Assembly: GCA_937944105.1 (NCBI GenBank) | Contig: CALDZP010000034.1 | Location: 38,262-102,261, forward strand | DNA: 64,000 nucleotides | Source of the DNA: an uncultured Ignavibacteria bacterium | Lineage (GTDB): Bacteria; Bacteroidota; Ignavibacteria; Ch128b | Direction of reading: 5' to 3' | Part shown: in pieces, positions 1-9,404 of the stretch | Layout of the letters: each line of letters begins with the position of its first letter | Numbering within the stretch: the stretch's first letter is position 1 | Notes under the pieces: generated by a model | The model's database searches: none | What the model saw: the letters and a program-made list of their open reading frames with translations, nothing else | Told to the model about the DNA's origin: nothing | Made by a program: the position numbers and the translations under genes

Positions 1-124
1 ACGCCACTGAAACCTTCCCATCCCGATTAAGATCGGAACAGTGGCATTTATCAATGGCTATACGCACTCACAGTTGCGGGGCAGTACCGGATTTTCACCG
101 GTTTCCCTTTTAACCAAGTGGACC
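1..124 (-). ncRNA. Cobalamin (B12) riboswitch; may extend slightly past the window edge; regulated gene is off-window to the left
   Basis: The reverse complement reads ...GGTTAAAAGGGAAACCGGTGAAAATCCGGTACTGCCCCGCAACTGTGAGTGCG...AAATGCCACTGTTCC...GGGATGGGAAGG...CAGTGG. It contains the conserved GGGAA, GGTGAAAATCC and GCnGCCCCGCAACUGUGA blocks, the B12-box GCCACUG, and P1 pairing CCACT/AGTGG. Confidence 0.8.
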
Positions 125-198
125 AGTAAAGTTTTCAATGAACTTAAACAAAGTTAATCAAATGATTATTCAAAAATCAAATTTTACTATTACTCAAA

Positions 199-1311
199 TT
201 AAATTAGTTTTAATTTCTTTTTAATTGATGGGCTGATAATATTGAAATAATAAGTGAGAGCTTCAGAAAACAAAATCATTAAAAACCACATTGCAATTAC
301 CCCAAGAACTGTTTCACCAACATTACATTTGTAACCTAAAAAGTCTTTTACTCCTCTGTTCCATGAACTCCCATATAAAAGCATCACGTGAACAACGTAA
401 ATCCACAGTGAATTTTTACTTGCATTGTATAAAAATTTTGGGATACGTTTTATATAAAGAGATAAAATAGAAAACAGGCTCCCAAAAATTAAAACTGTGC
501 CAAATCTTGCATAGAACAAAGCTGGACTTGTAGACCACAGTGTGCTCATATTAAAAAATATGATCTCCATGAAGTTAATTAAGAATGCTGATAGAATGAA
601 AATGATACCAATTTTTAATTGTACTTTTGTTAAGTGGATCATATTGCTGAGAAAATTTTTTCGCTGGAAATATATTCCAACGGCTCCGCCTAAAAACAAA
701 TAAGCTCCCCAGGGAAAAAGCGGAAAGAGAGAGCCGGTTCTCTGAGAAAACCATGAAGATATTTGAAGTGGGAAATGCTCTTCCCAATCCACAAGTGTTG
801 ATAACTGTCGACCAAGCACAAAAAGAATAGAAATTAATATTAAATATCTTGCTGCATCATATTTAAATTTTCTAGCAAGTATTTCCATAAAAAGAAAAAT
901 AATTAAACTTGCACCAATTAATTGTAAAATATCAATTGCATAAAATAGTTGAATCATTTGATATGTTACACTTTCCCAGTTGATAATAGTTGGAGTTGGT
1001 GATTTCATTAAGTAACCGATTACGATTAAAAGTAAAGCACGTTTAATAGTTTTGATCTTTATCTTTCTAAACTTTTCTTCTGAATCGGTTCTTCTGAATC
1101 TTACTCCGTAAATAAAACCTGATGCAAATAAAAATAGAGGAGCGGTTAAACCCCTGAAAAATAACCAGGTATTAAAACCTATCGAATCGGGTTTTCTAAA
1201 TTCGTTACTTAATAATACATCAACCGTATGTCCATGAACCATTAGAAAGATTGCGCAGAATCGCAGCAAATCAATATAAATTACTCTTTGTGACCTTAAA
1301 TCAGCTACCAT
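199..1311 (-). CDS. Polytopic membrane acyltransferase (acyltransferase-3 / DUF1624 HGSNAT-like)
   Basis: 370 aa, about 10 hydrophobic helices, N-terminal 'IDLLRFCAIFLMVHGH' motif typical of this family. Confidence 0.5.
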   Translation of the reverse strand: MVADLRSQRVIYIDLLRFCAIFLMVHGHTVDVLLSNEFRKPDSIGFNTWLFFRGLTAPLFLFASGFIYGVRFRRTDSEEKFRKIKIKTIKRALLLIVIGYLMKSPTPTIINWESVTYQMIQLFYAIDILQLIGASLIIFLFMEILARKFKYDAARYLILISILFVLGRQLSTLVDWEEHFPLQISSWFSQRTGSLFPLFPWGAYLFLGGAVGIYFQRKNFLSNMIHLTKVQLKIGIIFILSAFLINFMEIIFFNMSTLWSTSPALFYARFGTVLIFGSLFSILSLYIKRIPKFLYNASKNSLWIYVVHVMLLYGSSWNRGVKDFLGYKCNVGETVLGVIAMWFLMILFSEALTYYFNIISPSIKKKLKLI

Positions 1312-1580
1312 CTATATATTAATCTCTAAGTAATTGTAAAAAGTTATCGAAAAAATTTGGTACATTATAATTAATATAATCTGAAGAATCTCCATTAATT
1401 ATTGTATTAAAACAAGTGAGTTTCTAATTGTATGTTGAATTTTTCAATAGATTATTTTTCTACATCATCAGTTTTCTATTCTATTATTTTTTGAGTGTTC
1501 TGAATTAATTAAATATTTTCAACGGAAGTAAAAAATAATATAAATGAATTTTCTTGTTAAATAATTAAAAGTCAGTTCAC

Positions 1581-1934
1581 TCATTTTTTAACTTTTTCCT
1601 CGATTTTCTCTCTCATTTTATTTATAGATTTTACTACAAGGAAAAGAGCGAATGCAATAATTAAAAAATTAATTAATGTATTAATGAAATTGCCATAAGC
1701 CCAAACAACAGCACCTGTTTGCCTTGCTTCCTCGAGAGAAGAAACAGGACCACCTTTAAGTGTTAAAAATAAATCTTTAAAGTCAACACCACCAATTAAG
1801 AAACCTAGTGGTGGCATAAGAATGTCATTAACAAGTGAGTTTACAACTGTTCCAAAGGCAGCTCCTAAAATTATTCCGACTGCCATATCAATCATGTTAC
1901 CTTTTAATGCGAATTTTTTGAATTCTTCTAACAT
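1581..1934 (-). CDS. mscL: Large-conductance mechanosensitive channel MscL
   Basis: 117 aa; 'FALKGNMIDMAVGIILGAAFGTVVNSLVNDILMPPLG' matches the MscL TM1/loop signature. Confidence 0.85.
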   Translation of the reverse strand: MLEEFKKFALKGNMIDMAVGIILGAAFGTVVNSLVNDILMPPLGFLIGGVDFKDLFLTLKGGPVSSLEEARQTGAVVWAYGNFINTLINFLIIAFALFLVVKSINKMREKIEEKVKK

Positions 1935-1999
1935 GTTTAATATCCAATATTAGTTTAAAATATTTTTTTAATTTGCTCTAAAATAAGGAATGTAAAAAA

Positions 2000-2275
2000 A
2001 TGAAGAAAATAATTTTAATTATTTCCTTTGTTGTTCTAACTTTTTTAATAACCGGATGTTTTCCAACTTATTCATCAGAAGGTGAATCTGTTTCTGGTTT
2101 CTTTAAAGGTGTATGGCATGGATGGATCGCTCCAATTTCACTTATTGCTGAGATTTTTGATTCAAACATTAGAATTTATGAACCAAATAATACAGGTTGG
2201 TGGTATGATTTTGGATTTTATATTGCCATAATTGCTGGATTTGGTGGGCTTGCTTTGAGAAGAAAAAAAGACTAA
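2000..2275 (+). CDS. Small lipoprotein/membrane protein, unknown function
   Basis: 91 aa; signal peptide with lipobox-like 'LITGCF'; C-terminal hydrophobic helix. Confidence 0.4.
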   Translation: MKKIILIISFVVLTFLITGCFPTYSSEGESVSGFFKGVWHGWIAPISLIAEIFDSNIRIYEPNNTGWWYDFGFYIAIIAGFGGLALRRKKD

Positions 2276-2442
2276 CATGCTTGAATTAATTAATATTAAC
2301 TTAATCAAAAAGTTTTTATAATGTCTTCAGTTATGTAAAAATAAACCAGTTATGTTGAAATAAATAAGTCTGTATTTTCACAAACACACATCTTAACATT
2401 AGATTTAGAATTAAGTTAATTTTGTAAAAAAATGGAGTATAA

Positions 2443-3546
2443 ATGAAAGTAAAAAGAATTGGAATTCTAACTGGTGGAGGAGATTGTCCTGGTCTTAATG
2501 CTGTAATAAGGGGAGTTACTAAGCCTGCAATTGAAATGGGAATGACTGTATTAGGAATTGAAGATGGTTTTGAAGGACTTGTTGAAGGGAAAATGCATGA
2601 ATTGACAAATCGAGATGTATCCGGAATCATCAATATTGGTGGGACAATTCTTGGTTCATCAAACAAGGGTGATCCGTTTCATTGGCCTGTGGATGATGGT
2701 GAGAAAATTGTTATAGAAAATAAATCTAAATTAGCCGTCAAAAATTACAAAGGTTGGGGTTTGGATTGTTTGATTGTTATCGGTGGAGATGGTTCGATGC
2801 ATATCTCATCACAATTAATGAAACTTGGTTTGAATATTGTCGGTGTTCCAAAAACCATTGATAATGATTTATATGGAACTGATTTAACTTTTGGTTATGA
2901 TTCTGCTGTTTTCGTTGCGACTGAGGCAATTGATCGATTACATACTACTGCATCTTCTCATCACCGTGTTATGGTGATCGAGGTTATGGGAAGATATGGT
3001 GGTTGGATTGCATTGGGTGCTGGGATAGCCGGTGGTGCCGATGTTATTCTTATCCCTGAAATTCCCTTTAAATGGGAAGATGTGGCAGAAAAAGTGATTG
3101 AAAGAAGTACAAAAGGGAAAAGATTTAGCATTGTCTGTGTAGCCGAAGGTGCAAAACCAATTGGTGGTCAGATTGTAATTCAAGAAAAAGATAAAAAGAG
3201 AACCGATCCAATTCGACTTGGTGGTATTGGACATCTTGTTGGTAAAAAAATTGAAGAGATGACAGGTCTAGAAACAAGAGTTACAATTTTAGGTCATTTA
3301 CAAAGAGGTGGTAGCCCTACTCCATTTGATAGAATTCTAGCAACAAGATTTGGCACGCATGCTATTGAAGTTGCTGCAAAAAAGAAGTTTGGTCAAATGG
3401 TTGCTTTGAAGGGTGACAAAATCACTTCGATTCCAATTAAAGATGCTATCAGAAAAAAGAAACTTGTGCCGGTTGACTGTCAGATGATCCGAACTGCCGT
3501 ACGTGTTGGAACTTCATTCGGGAATAATGAAATTACTGGATGGTAA
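2443..3546 (+). CDS. pfkA: 6-phosphofructokinase (PfkA/Pfp family)
   Basis: 'GILTGGGDCPGLNAVIRGV', 'GGDGS', 'PKTIDNDL', 'MGRYGG' motifs. Lys is at the position of E. coli Gly124 (PPi-like) but Gly is at position 104 (ATP-like). Confidence 0.85.
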   Translation: MKVKRIGILTGGGDCPGLNAVIRGVTKPAIEMGMTVLGIEDGFEGLVEGKMHELTNRDVSGIINIGGTILGSSNKGDPFHWPVDDGEKIVIENKSKLAVKNYKGWGLDCLIVIGGDGSMHISSQLMKLGLNIVGVPKTIDNDLYGTDLTFGYDSAVFVATEAIDRLHTTASSHHRVMVIEVMGRYGGWIALGAGIAGGADVILIPEIPFKWEDVAEKVIERSTKGKRFSIVCVAEGAKPIGGQIVIQEKDKKRTDPIRLGGIGHLVGKKIEEMTGLETRVTILGHLQRGGSPTPFDRILATRFGTHAIEVAAKKKFGQMVALKGDKITSIPIKDAIRKKKLVPVDCQMIRTAVRVGTSFGNNEITGW

Positions 3547-3551
3547 AATTT

Positions 3552-5495
3552 TTAATTTGAGCTTGTATTAAAAATCTCTTTTTCAATCTTTGAATATTGC
3601 TCGGAGAGGTTTGTCCATTCTTCTATATAACTGTCAATTTTCTGGGAGACCTCTTTGTATTCTTGATAAATATTTCTATCAGGAGATACTTTTTCTGGTT
3701 GTGTAAATAATATTTCAAGTTGTTTCTTTATGTTTTCTAAATTTGAGATTTCCTTCTCTATGTGATTAATTTTTTCTTTTAGATTTTTTGTTAGTAAATA
3801 AAATTTTTGCCTCTTTTCGGCTTCAATTCTCCTCTGTAATTTTCTTTCATTAAGATTTCTTTCAGATTCATTTTTAGAATTAATATTCGAATTATTTACT
3901 TTTTCTAATTCTTTTTTCTGAATAAAATCATTTAGATTACCCCAATAAACTTTTATAGTTTTATTTTTGACCTCGATAACTTTATTAACTATTGGATTAA
4001 TAAAATCAACATCGTGTGATACAATTACTATGGTTCCATTATAATCAATCAATGCATCCTGCAAAATTTTTTTTGACTGAATATCAAGATGATTGGTCGG
4101 TTCATCTAAAATTAAAAAGTTAGACTTCTTAAGAAGTATTTTCAATAAAACTAGTCTACTTTTTTCTCCCCCTGATAACACCTTAACTTTTTTAAAAACC
4201 TCATCACCATGAAATAGAAAGCAACCTAAAAATTTGCGAAGCTGTCCCTGAGTTTTTTCAGGATCAATGTGTTCAACAGTTTCAAGAACGGTTTTATCTA
4301 AATCAAGTTCCTCCGTTAAGTTTTGTGAATAATATCCGGTAATTACATTATGCCCAAATTTAATTTCTCCAGAAGTAATTGGTTCAGTTTGTGCTAAAAT
4401 TTTCGCGAGGGTACTTTTACCAGAACCGTTTAAGCCAATTACTGCAATCTTGTCGCCTCGATCTACCTGTAAATTTATATTTTTTAGAACTTCAAAGTTT
4501 TCATATGATTTTGAAACATTCTCAAGTTTTACAACAATTTTTCCAGAGGGTGGAACATTATTAAAATTAAAATTAATGACTTCAATATCATCTGGAATTT
4601 CCACAACTTCAATTTTTTCAAGCATTTTTATCCTACTCTGCACTTGCTTCGCCTTTGTAGCTTTATATCTAAACCTTTCAATAAATTTTTCTATATGTCG
4701 AATTTTTTTTTGTTGATTTTTAAATTCATTTAAAAGTTGACTTCGTTTCTTTTCCTGATAGTTATAAAAATCGCTGGCATTACCATCATAGAGAATTACT
4801 TTACCAAATGAGAAACCAAGTGTCTTTGTAGTTACGGAATTTAAAAAATGTGTGTCATGAGAAATAATTAGTAGAGCACCTTTAAATTTTTTTAGGTAGG
4901 ATATCAAAAATTCCTGAGAATCAAAGTCAAGATGATTTGTTGGCTCATCAAGCAGAAGTAAATCAGAATTTGCTAAAAGCAGTTTTGCAATTGCAATTCT
5001 TACTCGCCAACCTCCACTGAATTCAGATAATTTTCTTTTAAAATCTTCTTCTGAAAAACCTAATCCAATAAGGACCTTACTAATCTCTGCTTTATATAAT
5101 TCTGGATTTAATTGATGAAGTCTAGATTGAATTTGGCCAAGTTTTTCAAGAAGTGACTTATTTTGATTTGAATTTAACTCATTTAGAATTTCTTTTTCTT
5201 TTTTCTCTAAATTAAAAATTTCATGATTGGATTTATAAACTTCATCAAAAAGTATTTCATCACTCACTTCACTAATATAGTCTTGAGGCAAGTATCCAAT
5301 TTTTAATCTTTTTTGAAAGTTAATCGAACCATCTTCAGGTTCAATTTCACCAGCTAAAATTTTTATAAGTGTAGTTTTACCACAACCATTTGGTCCAACA
5401 ATTCCAATTTTATCAGATTGATTTATTTTGAAGGAAACGGAATGAAATAAATATTCACCGGATAATTGAATCGAAATATTTTCAACAGAAACCAT
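3552..5495 (-). CDS. ABC-F family ATPase (Uup/EttA-like, two ABC domains plus C-terminal coiled coil)
   Basis: 647 aa; two Walker A (GPNGCGKTT, GLNGSGKST), two LSGGxxxR signatures, no TM domain, charged coiled-coil C-terminal tail. Confidence 0.85.
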   Translation of the reverse strand: MVSVENISIQLSGEYLFHSVSFKINQSDKIGIVGPNGCGKTTLIKILAGEIEPEDGSINFQKRLKIGYLPQDYISEVSDEILFDEVYKSNHEIFNLEKKEKEILNELNSNQNKSLLEKLGQIQSRLHQLNPELYKAEISKVLIGLGFSEEDFKRKLSEFSGGWRVRIAIAKLLLANSDLLLLDEPTNHLDFDSQEFLISYLKKFKGALLIISHDTHFLNSVTTKTLGFSFGKVILYDGNASDFYNYQEKKRSQLLNEFKNQQKKIRHIEKFIERFRYKATKAKQVQSRIKMLEKIEVVEIPDDIEVINFNFNNVPPSGKIVVKLENVSKSYENFEVLKNINLQVDRGDKIAVIGLNGSGKSTLAKILAQTEPITSGEIKFGHNVITGYYSQNLTEELDLDKTVLETVEHIDPEKTQGQLRKFLGCFLFHGDEVFKKVKVLSGGEKSRLVLLKILLKKSNFLILDEPTNHLDIQSKKILQDALIDYNGTIVIVSHDVDFINPIVNKVIEVKNKTIKVYWGNLNDFIQKKELEKVNNSNINSKNESERNLNERKLQRRIEAEKRQKFYLLTKNLKEKINHIEKEISNLENIKKQLEILFTQPEKVSPDRNIYQEYKEVSQKIDSYIEEWTNLSEQYSKIEKEIFNTSSN

Positions 5496-5749
5496 TAATC
5501 AGATTGAGAATTCTTTTTTTCGTTGTTTTTTGCAAATTGGATAGATTCTTGAAGCGCACTTAAGAATTTTTCAAAATCCTCCTTATATAGAAAGATTTTA
5601 AATTTTTCAATATCTACTTCATTCCGTTTCTTTTCTGTAATTGTGATGTATAGTTCTGAAGTGTTTTTAGTTGGACGAACATCAAAAAAATATGTTCTTC
5701 TTCCGGCTTTTACCACTTTAGTAAAGATTTCTGGATTAAATTTATCCAC
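5495..5749 (-). CDS. DUF3276 (PUR-alpha-like) nucleic-acid-binding protein
   Basis: 84 aa; 'AGRRTYFFDVRPTKNTSELYITITEKKR' resembles the DUF3276 core; its stop overlaps the ABC-F start by 1 nt. Confidence 0.5.
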   Translation of the reverse strand: MDKFNPEIFTKVVKAGRRTYFFDVRPTKNTSELYITITEKKRNEVDIEKFKIFLYKEDFEKFLSALQESIQFAKNNEKKNSQSD

Positions 5750-5766
5750 CTTATTACCCTCATTTT

Positions 5767-7986
5767 TTATTTTCTGATAATAGCAACTTTACCAGTTGTT
5801 ATTTGTTCACCATCTTCACTAAATGCAACTATAAAATAAATTCCCGATGGTACTGGAATAGAATTTTTATCTTTTCCATCCCATACTGCAACTTTACCAC
5901 CTGGGGTTGAGAACTCGGTTACAAAATCTCCTGAAGTCGTTAAAATTTTAATTACTGAGTTTTTTACCAGTCCATCAATCACTAAATTAATATTTTGTGA
6001 ATTTTTTACAATTGCTGGATTTGGATAAATCTTAAGCTTATCAAAACTTTCCTTGGGTTTAACTGAAAATGAATTGAAACTTGCCATACCATAATCTGTC
6101 CCGATATAAACCGTTCCTGTGTTATTGTCAATCGCAATACTTTTTATATTGTCATCGGGTAAAGGTGAATTTTTAGTATTATATTGTGCAATTAAACTAC
6201 TTCCATCTGGATTTAAAACCCATACGCCTTTAGTTGTACCTACCCATTTATTATTTAATTGATCAACAGTTATACAATTAATGTATTGTGTTCTAAGAAT
6301 ATAAACACTGGAAATCCTTTCCGTCGGTTTTAATGGATTTGGAATTATATACATCCCCTGTATTGTACCAACCCAAATTTCATTTCTTAAATCAACGGCA
6401 ATACTTGTAGGAGTGTAACCTCCGAAATTATCTCGTGTTATTAAACCCCAATTTGAGGGCATTCTCTCAAATTCATTAAAATAAACTATACCTTCTACAG
6501 TTTGATATTGCCCAGCTTTCTCAAGAAGAATCCATTTAGTATCATTTTGATCAATTACTAGATCTTCTGTTACAACAAGCGAAGGGTTATACTCGTTTAC
6601 AAAAAATTCCCAAGTAGAATCCTTGCTTAATTTAATTAGACTTCTGTTGTCACTTGCTCTATAGTTTAAAAACCATATATTTCCCTTTGAATCTTCCGCC
6701 AGAGAACGAATAACAACAAAATTTGGATTTTCAATTACACCATTTAATCCATTTACATTAAAATGGCTAAATCTCACTAGCTGGGTGTCATTTGTAACTC
6801 TAATTAAACCATTTCCCCAACCGAGAGCCCAGACAGTATTGCCTGATGTTACTTTTACTCTGTGAATTGCATTTGTGCCCATTTCAGGAAATTCACTTGT
6901 AGTATAATTTTTCCAGCCATCTTTTGAAAGACGATAAAATCCTTTTAAGACAACATCTTTTCCAGAGGCAGCCCATACCTGTCCTTTTTCATCTACTGCT
7001 ATTGAAGGAAAGAAATTTGAATTTGGACCTGGCGGAGCAATTGTTTTTATGTTTGAATTGTCAATCACAATAATTCCATCATTCGATGCAATGAAAATTT
7101 TATTCCCATCAAAATCAATTTCTCTAAGTGAGTTTAAATAATTTTCATATATGATAGATATCTCAAAATTTCTATAGAGTGCAACAAAGTTATCGGTTAG
7201 AATAAATAACGAGTCGCCTTTAATTTTCAAATCGTTAATTCGTTTATTAAAAAACAAATCATTAAAGAATGGTTGAAATAAATTATTTTTAAAGACAGCT
7301 AAACCCTGTGAAGTACCTATATATATGGAATCATTAAATTTTGCAATTACATTTACAATATTTGAAGGTAATCCATGTTCAGTAGTGAAATTCCACCAGC
7401 TTTGAGGATCTAAATAATTTGTGAAAGAGGATTTTTGAACAGCAATTCCCTTCTCTGTTGCAACCCATAAAGTATCAAGTGGCAAAACATTATTTACTTT
7501 TGAATCTATTCCAAATGAACCAAGTTTTGTGTATGTATCTCCGAATGAAAGTGTATTTGCATCTATTATAGTTACACCAAAATCTGTGCATGCATAAATT
7601 TTACCTTTAGAATAAATCAATTTATTGATCTGTTTTTGGGTTTTCTCTGAAAGTGCGATTGTAAAAATTGTCTGGAATTCTTCTAATGATGGATTATAGA
7701 CCGAGATATAACCACTTTTACCACCAATCCATATTTTGCCAGTATTGTCTTTTTGGATCGATAAAATTGAAAGTTCTTTTAGACCATTTAATAGATTAAA
7801 CTGTTTATAATAATTTTGTTTTGATTTAAAGAATACACCTCCAGAAGTTCCAGCCCAAATTCCATCGCTTGTAATTGTGACCGTCTTTACATCAGACTGG
7901 TTTGTATAATTTTCCCACTTCCCAATTTGGGCATAGTTTAAAGAAAAAAATGCACTTATTATTAGAATACAAATAAGATTTTTCAT
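5767..7986 (-). CDS. Secreted beta-propeller (two-component-regulator-propeller repeats) protein with T9SS C-terminal sorting domain
   Basis: Signal peptide; repeated 'GG(V/L)...' propeller blades; C-terminal 'KIYPNPA...GIYFIVAF' T9SS CTD. Confidence 0.6.
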   Translation of the reverse strand: MKNLICILIISAFFSLNYAQIGKWENYTNQSDVKTVTITSDGIWAGTSGGVFFKSKQNYYKQFNLLNGLKELSILSIQKDNTGKIWIGGKSGYISVYNPSLEEFQTIFTIALSEKTQKQINKLIYSKGKIYACTDFGVTIIDANTLSFGDTYTKLGSFGIDSKVNNVLPLDTLWVATEKGIAVQKSSFTNYLDPQSWWNFTTEHGLPSNIVNVIAKFNDSIYIGTSQGLAVFKNNLFQPFFNDLFFNKRINDLKIKGDSLFILTDNFVALYRNFEISIIYENYLNSLREIDFDGNKIFIASNDGIIVIDNSNIKTIAPPGPNSNFFPSIAVDEKGQVWAASGKDVVLKGFYRLSKDGWKNYTTSEFPEMGTNAIHRVKVTSGNTVWALGWGNGLIRVTNDTQLVRFSHFNVNGLNGVIENPNFVVIRSLAEDSKGNIWFLNYRASDNRSLIKLSKDSTWEFFVNEYNPSLVVTEDLVIDQNDTKWILLEKAGQYQTVEGIVYFNEFERMPSNWGLITRDNFGGYTPTSIAVDLRNEIWVGTIQGMYIIPNPLKPTERISSVYILRTQYINCITVDQLNNKWVGTTKGVWVLNPDGSSLIAQYNTKNSPLPDDNIKSIAIDNNTGTVYIGTDYGMASFNSFSVKPKESFDKLKIYPNPAIVKNSQNINLVIDGLVKNSVIKILTTSGDFVTEFSTPGGKVAVWDGKDKNSIPVPSGIYFIVAFSEDGEQITTGKVAIIRK

Positions 7987-8023
7987 GTTCTTATTTCCTT
8001 AAAAATGGAGTAAGGCTGGCTCG

Positions 8024-8857
8024 CTATGATCCTCTTTTATGATTTGTATAATCAAAAATCTTTTGCATTTGATTTAAATATAATCCAAATTTCCCAAAAT
8101 TTGAATAATCATTTCTCGGTCCACCATGAAAGTCAGAACCTCCTGATTCAAGTAAGTTGTATTCAACACATAATTTATGTAAAAATTCTTGTCTGGATTT
8201 CTTAATTGTAGGATGATAGATTTCAATACCGTCAATTCCAGATTTAATAATTTCTTTTAATTTTCCATCAGAAAGATTATAAGGGTGAGCAAGAAAAGTT
8301 ATTCCGTTACAAGATTTAATTAATTCAATCACCTTGGCGGGTGATGTATGATGTTTTTTTTCGTATGCTTTTGAATTGTCACCTAAATATTTCTCAAATG
8401 CTTCATAATAAGTTGATACTATCTTCTTCTTGATCAAAGCAAAAGCTATATGTGGACGTGTAATTGGTTTACTTTCTGAAAATTGTATTACTTCTTCAAT
8501 TGAAAGGTTTATACCAAGTGTTTTTAATTTCTTTAAAATTCTTTCAGCTCTTTCCAATCGCTCAATTCGGAATTGTTGTAAATAATATATTAGGTCGGAA
8601 TTAGAAGTATCAATGAAATAACCAAGTAAGTGAATTTCCTGACCCTCAATCTCACTGCTTATTTCAACACCTGGTATATTTTGAATACCTCTGTCGAAGG
8701 CTATCTGATTAGCCAATTCAATTCCATCGATTGTATCGTGGTCAGTAAATGAAATGATTTTTAAATTTTTTGAGATGGCTTTATCAATTACAGCTTCAAC
8801 AGAATATCTGCCGTCAGAAAAAGTACTATGCAAATGTAAGTCAACTTCTATTTTCAA
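8024..8857 (-). CDS. PHP-domain metal-dependent phosphoesterase
   Basis: 'MKIEVDLHLHSTFSDGRYS' N-terminal His motif; downstream His/Asp motifs of the PHP family. Confidence 0.75.
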   Translation of the reverse strand: MKIEVDLHLHSTFSDGRYSVEAVIDKAISKNLKIISFTDHDTIDGIELANQIAFDRGIQNIPGVEISSEIEGQEIHLLGYFIDTSNSDLIYYLQQFRIERLERAERILKKLKTLGINLSIEEVIQFSESKPITRPHIAFALIKKKIVSTYYEAFEKYLGDNSKAYEKKHHTSPAKVIELIKSCNGITFLAHPYNLSDGKLKEIIKSGIDGIEIYHPTIKKSRQEFLHKLCVEYNLLESGGSDFHGGPRNDYSNFGKFGLYLNQMQKIFDYTNHKRGS

Positions 8858-9062
8858 ATTTTGTCCATTACTTTAATAAACAATTTATTGATTGTATTGT
8901 TAACTAACAATTTTTTGAAAAAAAGGTTTTAATTCAAGAAAAATTATTTTACTTTATCTTGTTTAAATAAAGAATTGCGTAATATTTCCGTGATAAATTT
9001 TTGCATTTTATTTTTAGATTAATCTCTTAATTTTGCATTCGAGAAAAATGTGAGTAGAGAAA

Positions 9063-9404
9063 TTGGAACAAAATCCAGAACAACATTTTATGCCTTGTAT
9101 GAATGAAAATTGTAATACCTTCCACCTTGTTAGTACGGAAGAGCTTGCGAAATTGAAAAATGATAATAATTCAATGGAAATACTATTATGTAATGCTTGC
9201 CGTTCAAGAAAAGATCATTACCATGTTTTACAGTGTCTGAGTTGTCGAACAATTATTGAATTTTTGCCAATTCTACCAGGTGAAACTCCAGATATTATTT
9301 ATGTTGAAAAGTGTTTGAGATGTGGTGGAACAATTGAGGACGAAATTTCATTTGTTAATTCCATGTATAAACATATTCACTTTAAATTGAGTATTCTGAA
9401 TTAA
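9063..9404 (+). CDS. Cys-rich double zinc-ribbon protein, unknown function; true start probably the ATG at 9090
   Basis: Cys pairs CMNENC, CNAC, CLSC, CLRC; the ORF-track start is TTG. Confidence 0.4.
   Translation: MEQNPEQHFMPCMNENCNTFHLVSTEELAKLKNDNNSMEILLCNACRSRKDHYHVLQCLSCRTIIEFLPILPGETPDIIYVEKCLRCGGTIEDEISFVNSMYKHIHFKLSILN

Noticed and set aside
575-787. Nested or antisense short ORFs inside strong genes (575-787, 2331-2666, 2938-3234, 4379-4716, 12119-12388, 13192-13443, 14244-14480, 18600-19264, 19907-20434, 20612-20923, 22950-23183, 24023-24769, 25938-26407, 27666-27866, 28307-28546, 31055-31886, 33429-33665, 34045-34302, 35819-36025, 50685-50957, 55433-55669, 56583-56795, 56870-57070, 58567-58749, 60095-61021, 62540-62755, 63220-63408, 63735-63983)
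   Set aside because: Each lies wholly within or antisense to a longer ORF with clear family motifs. Their translations are low-complexity or mirror the codon usage of the real gene.
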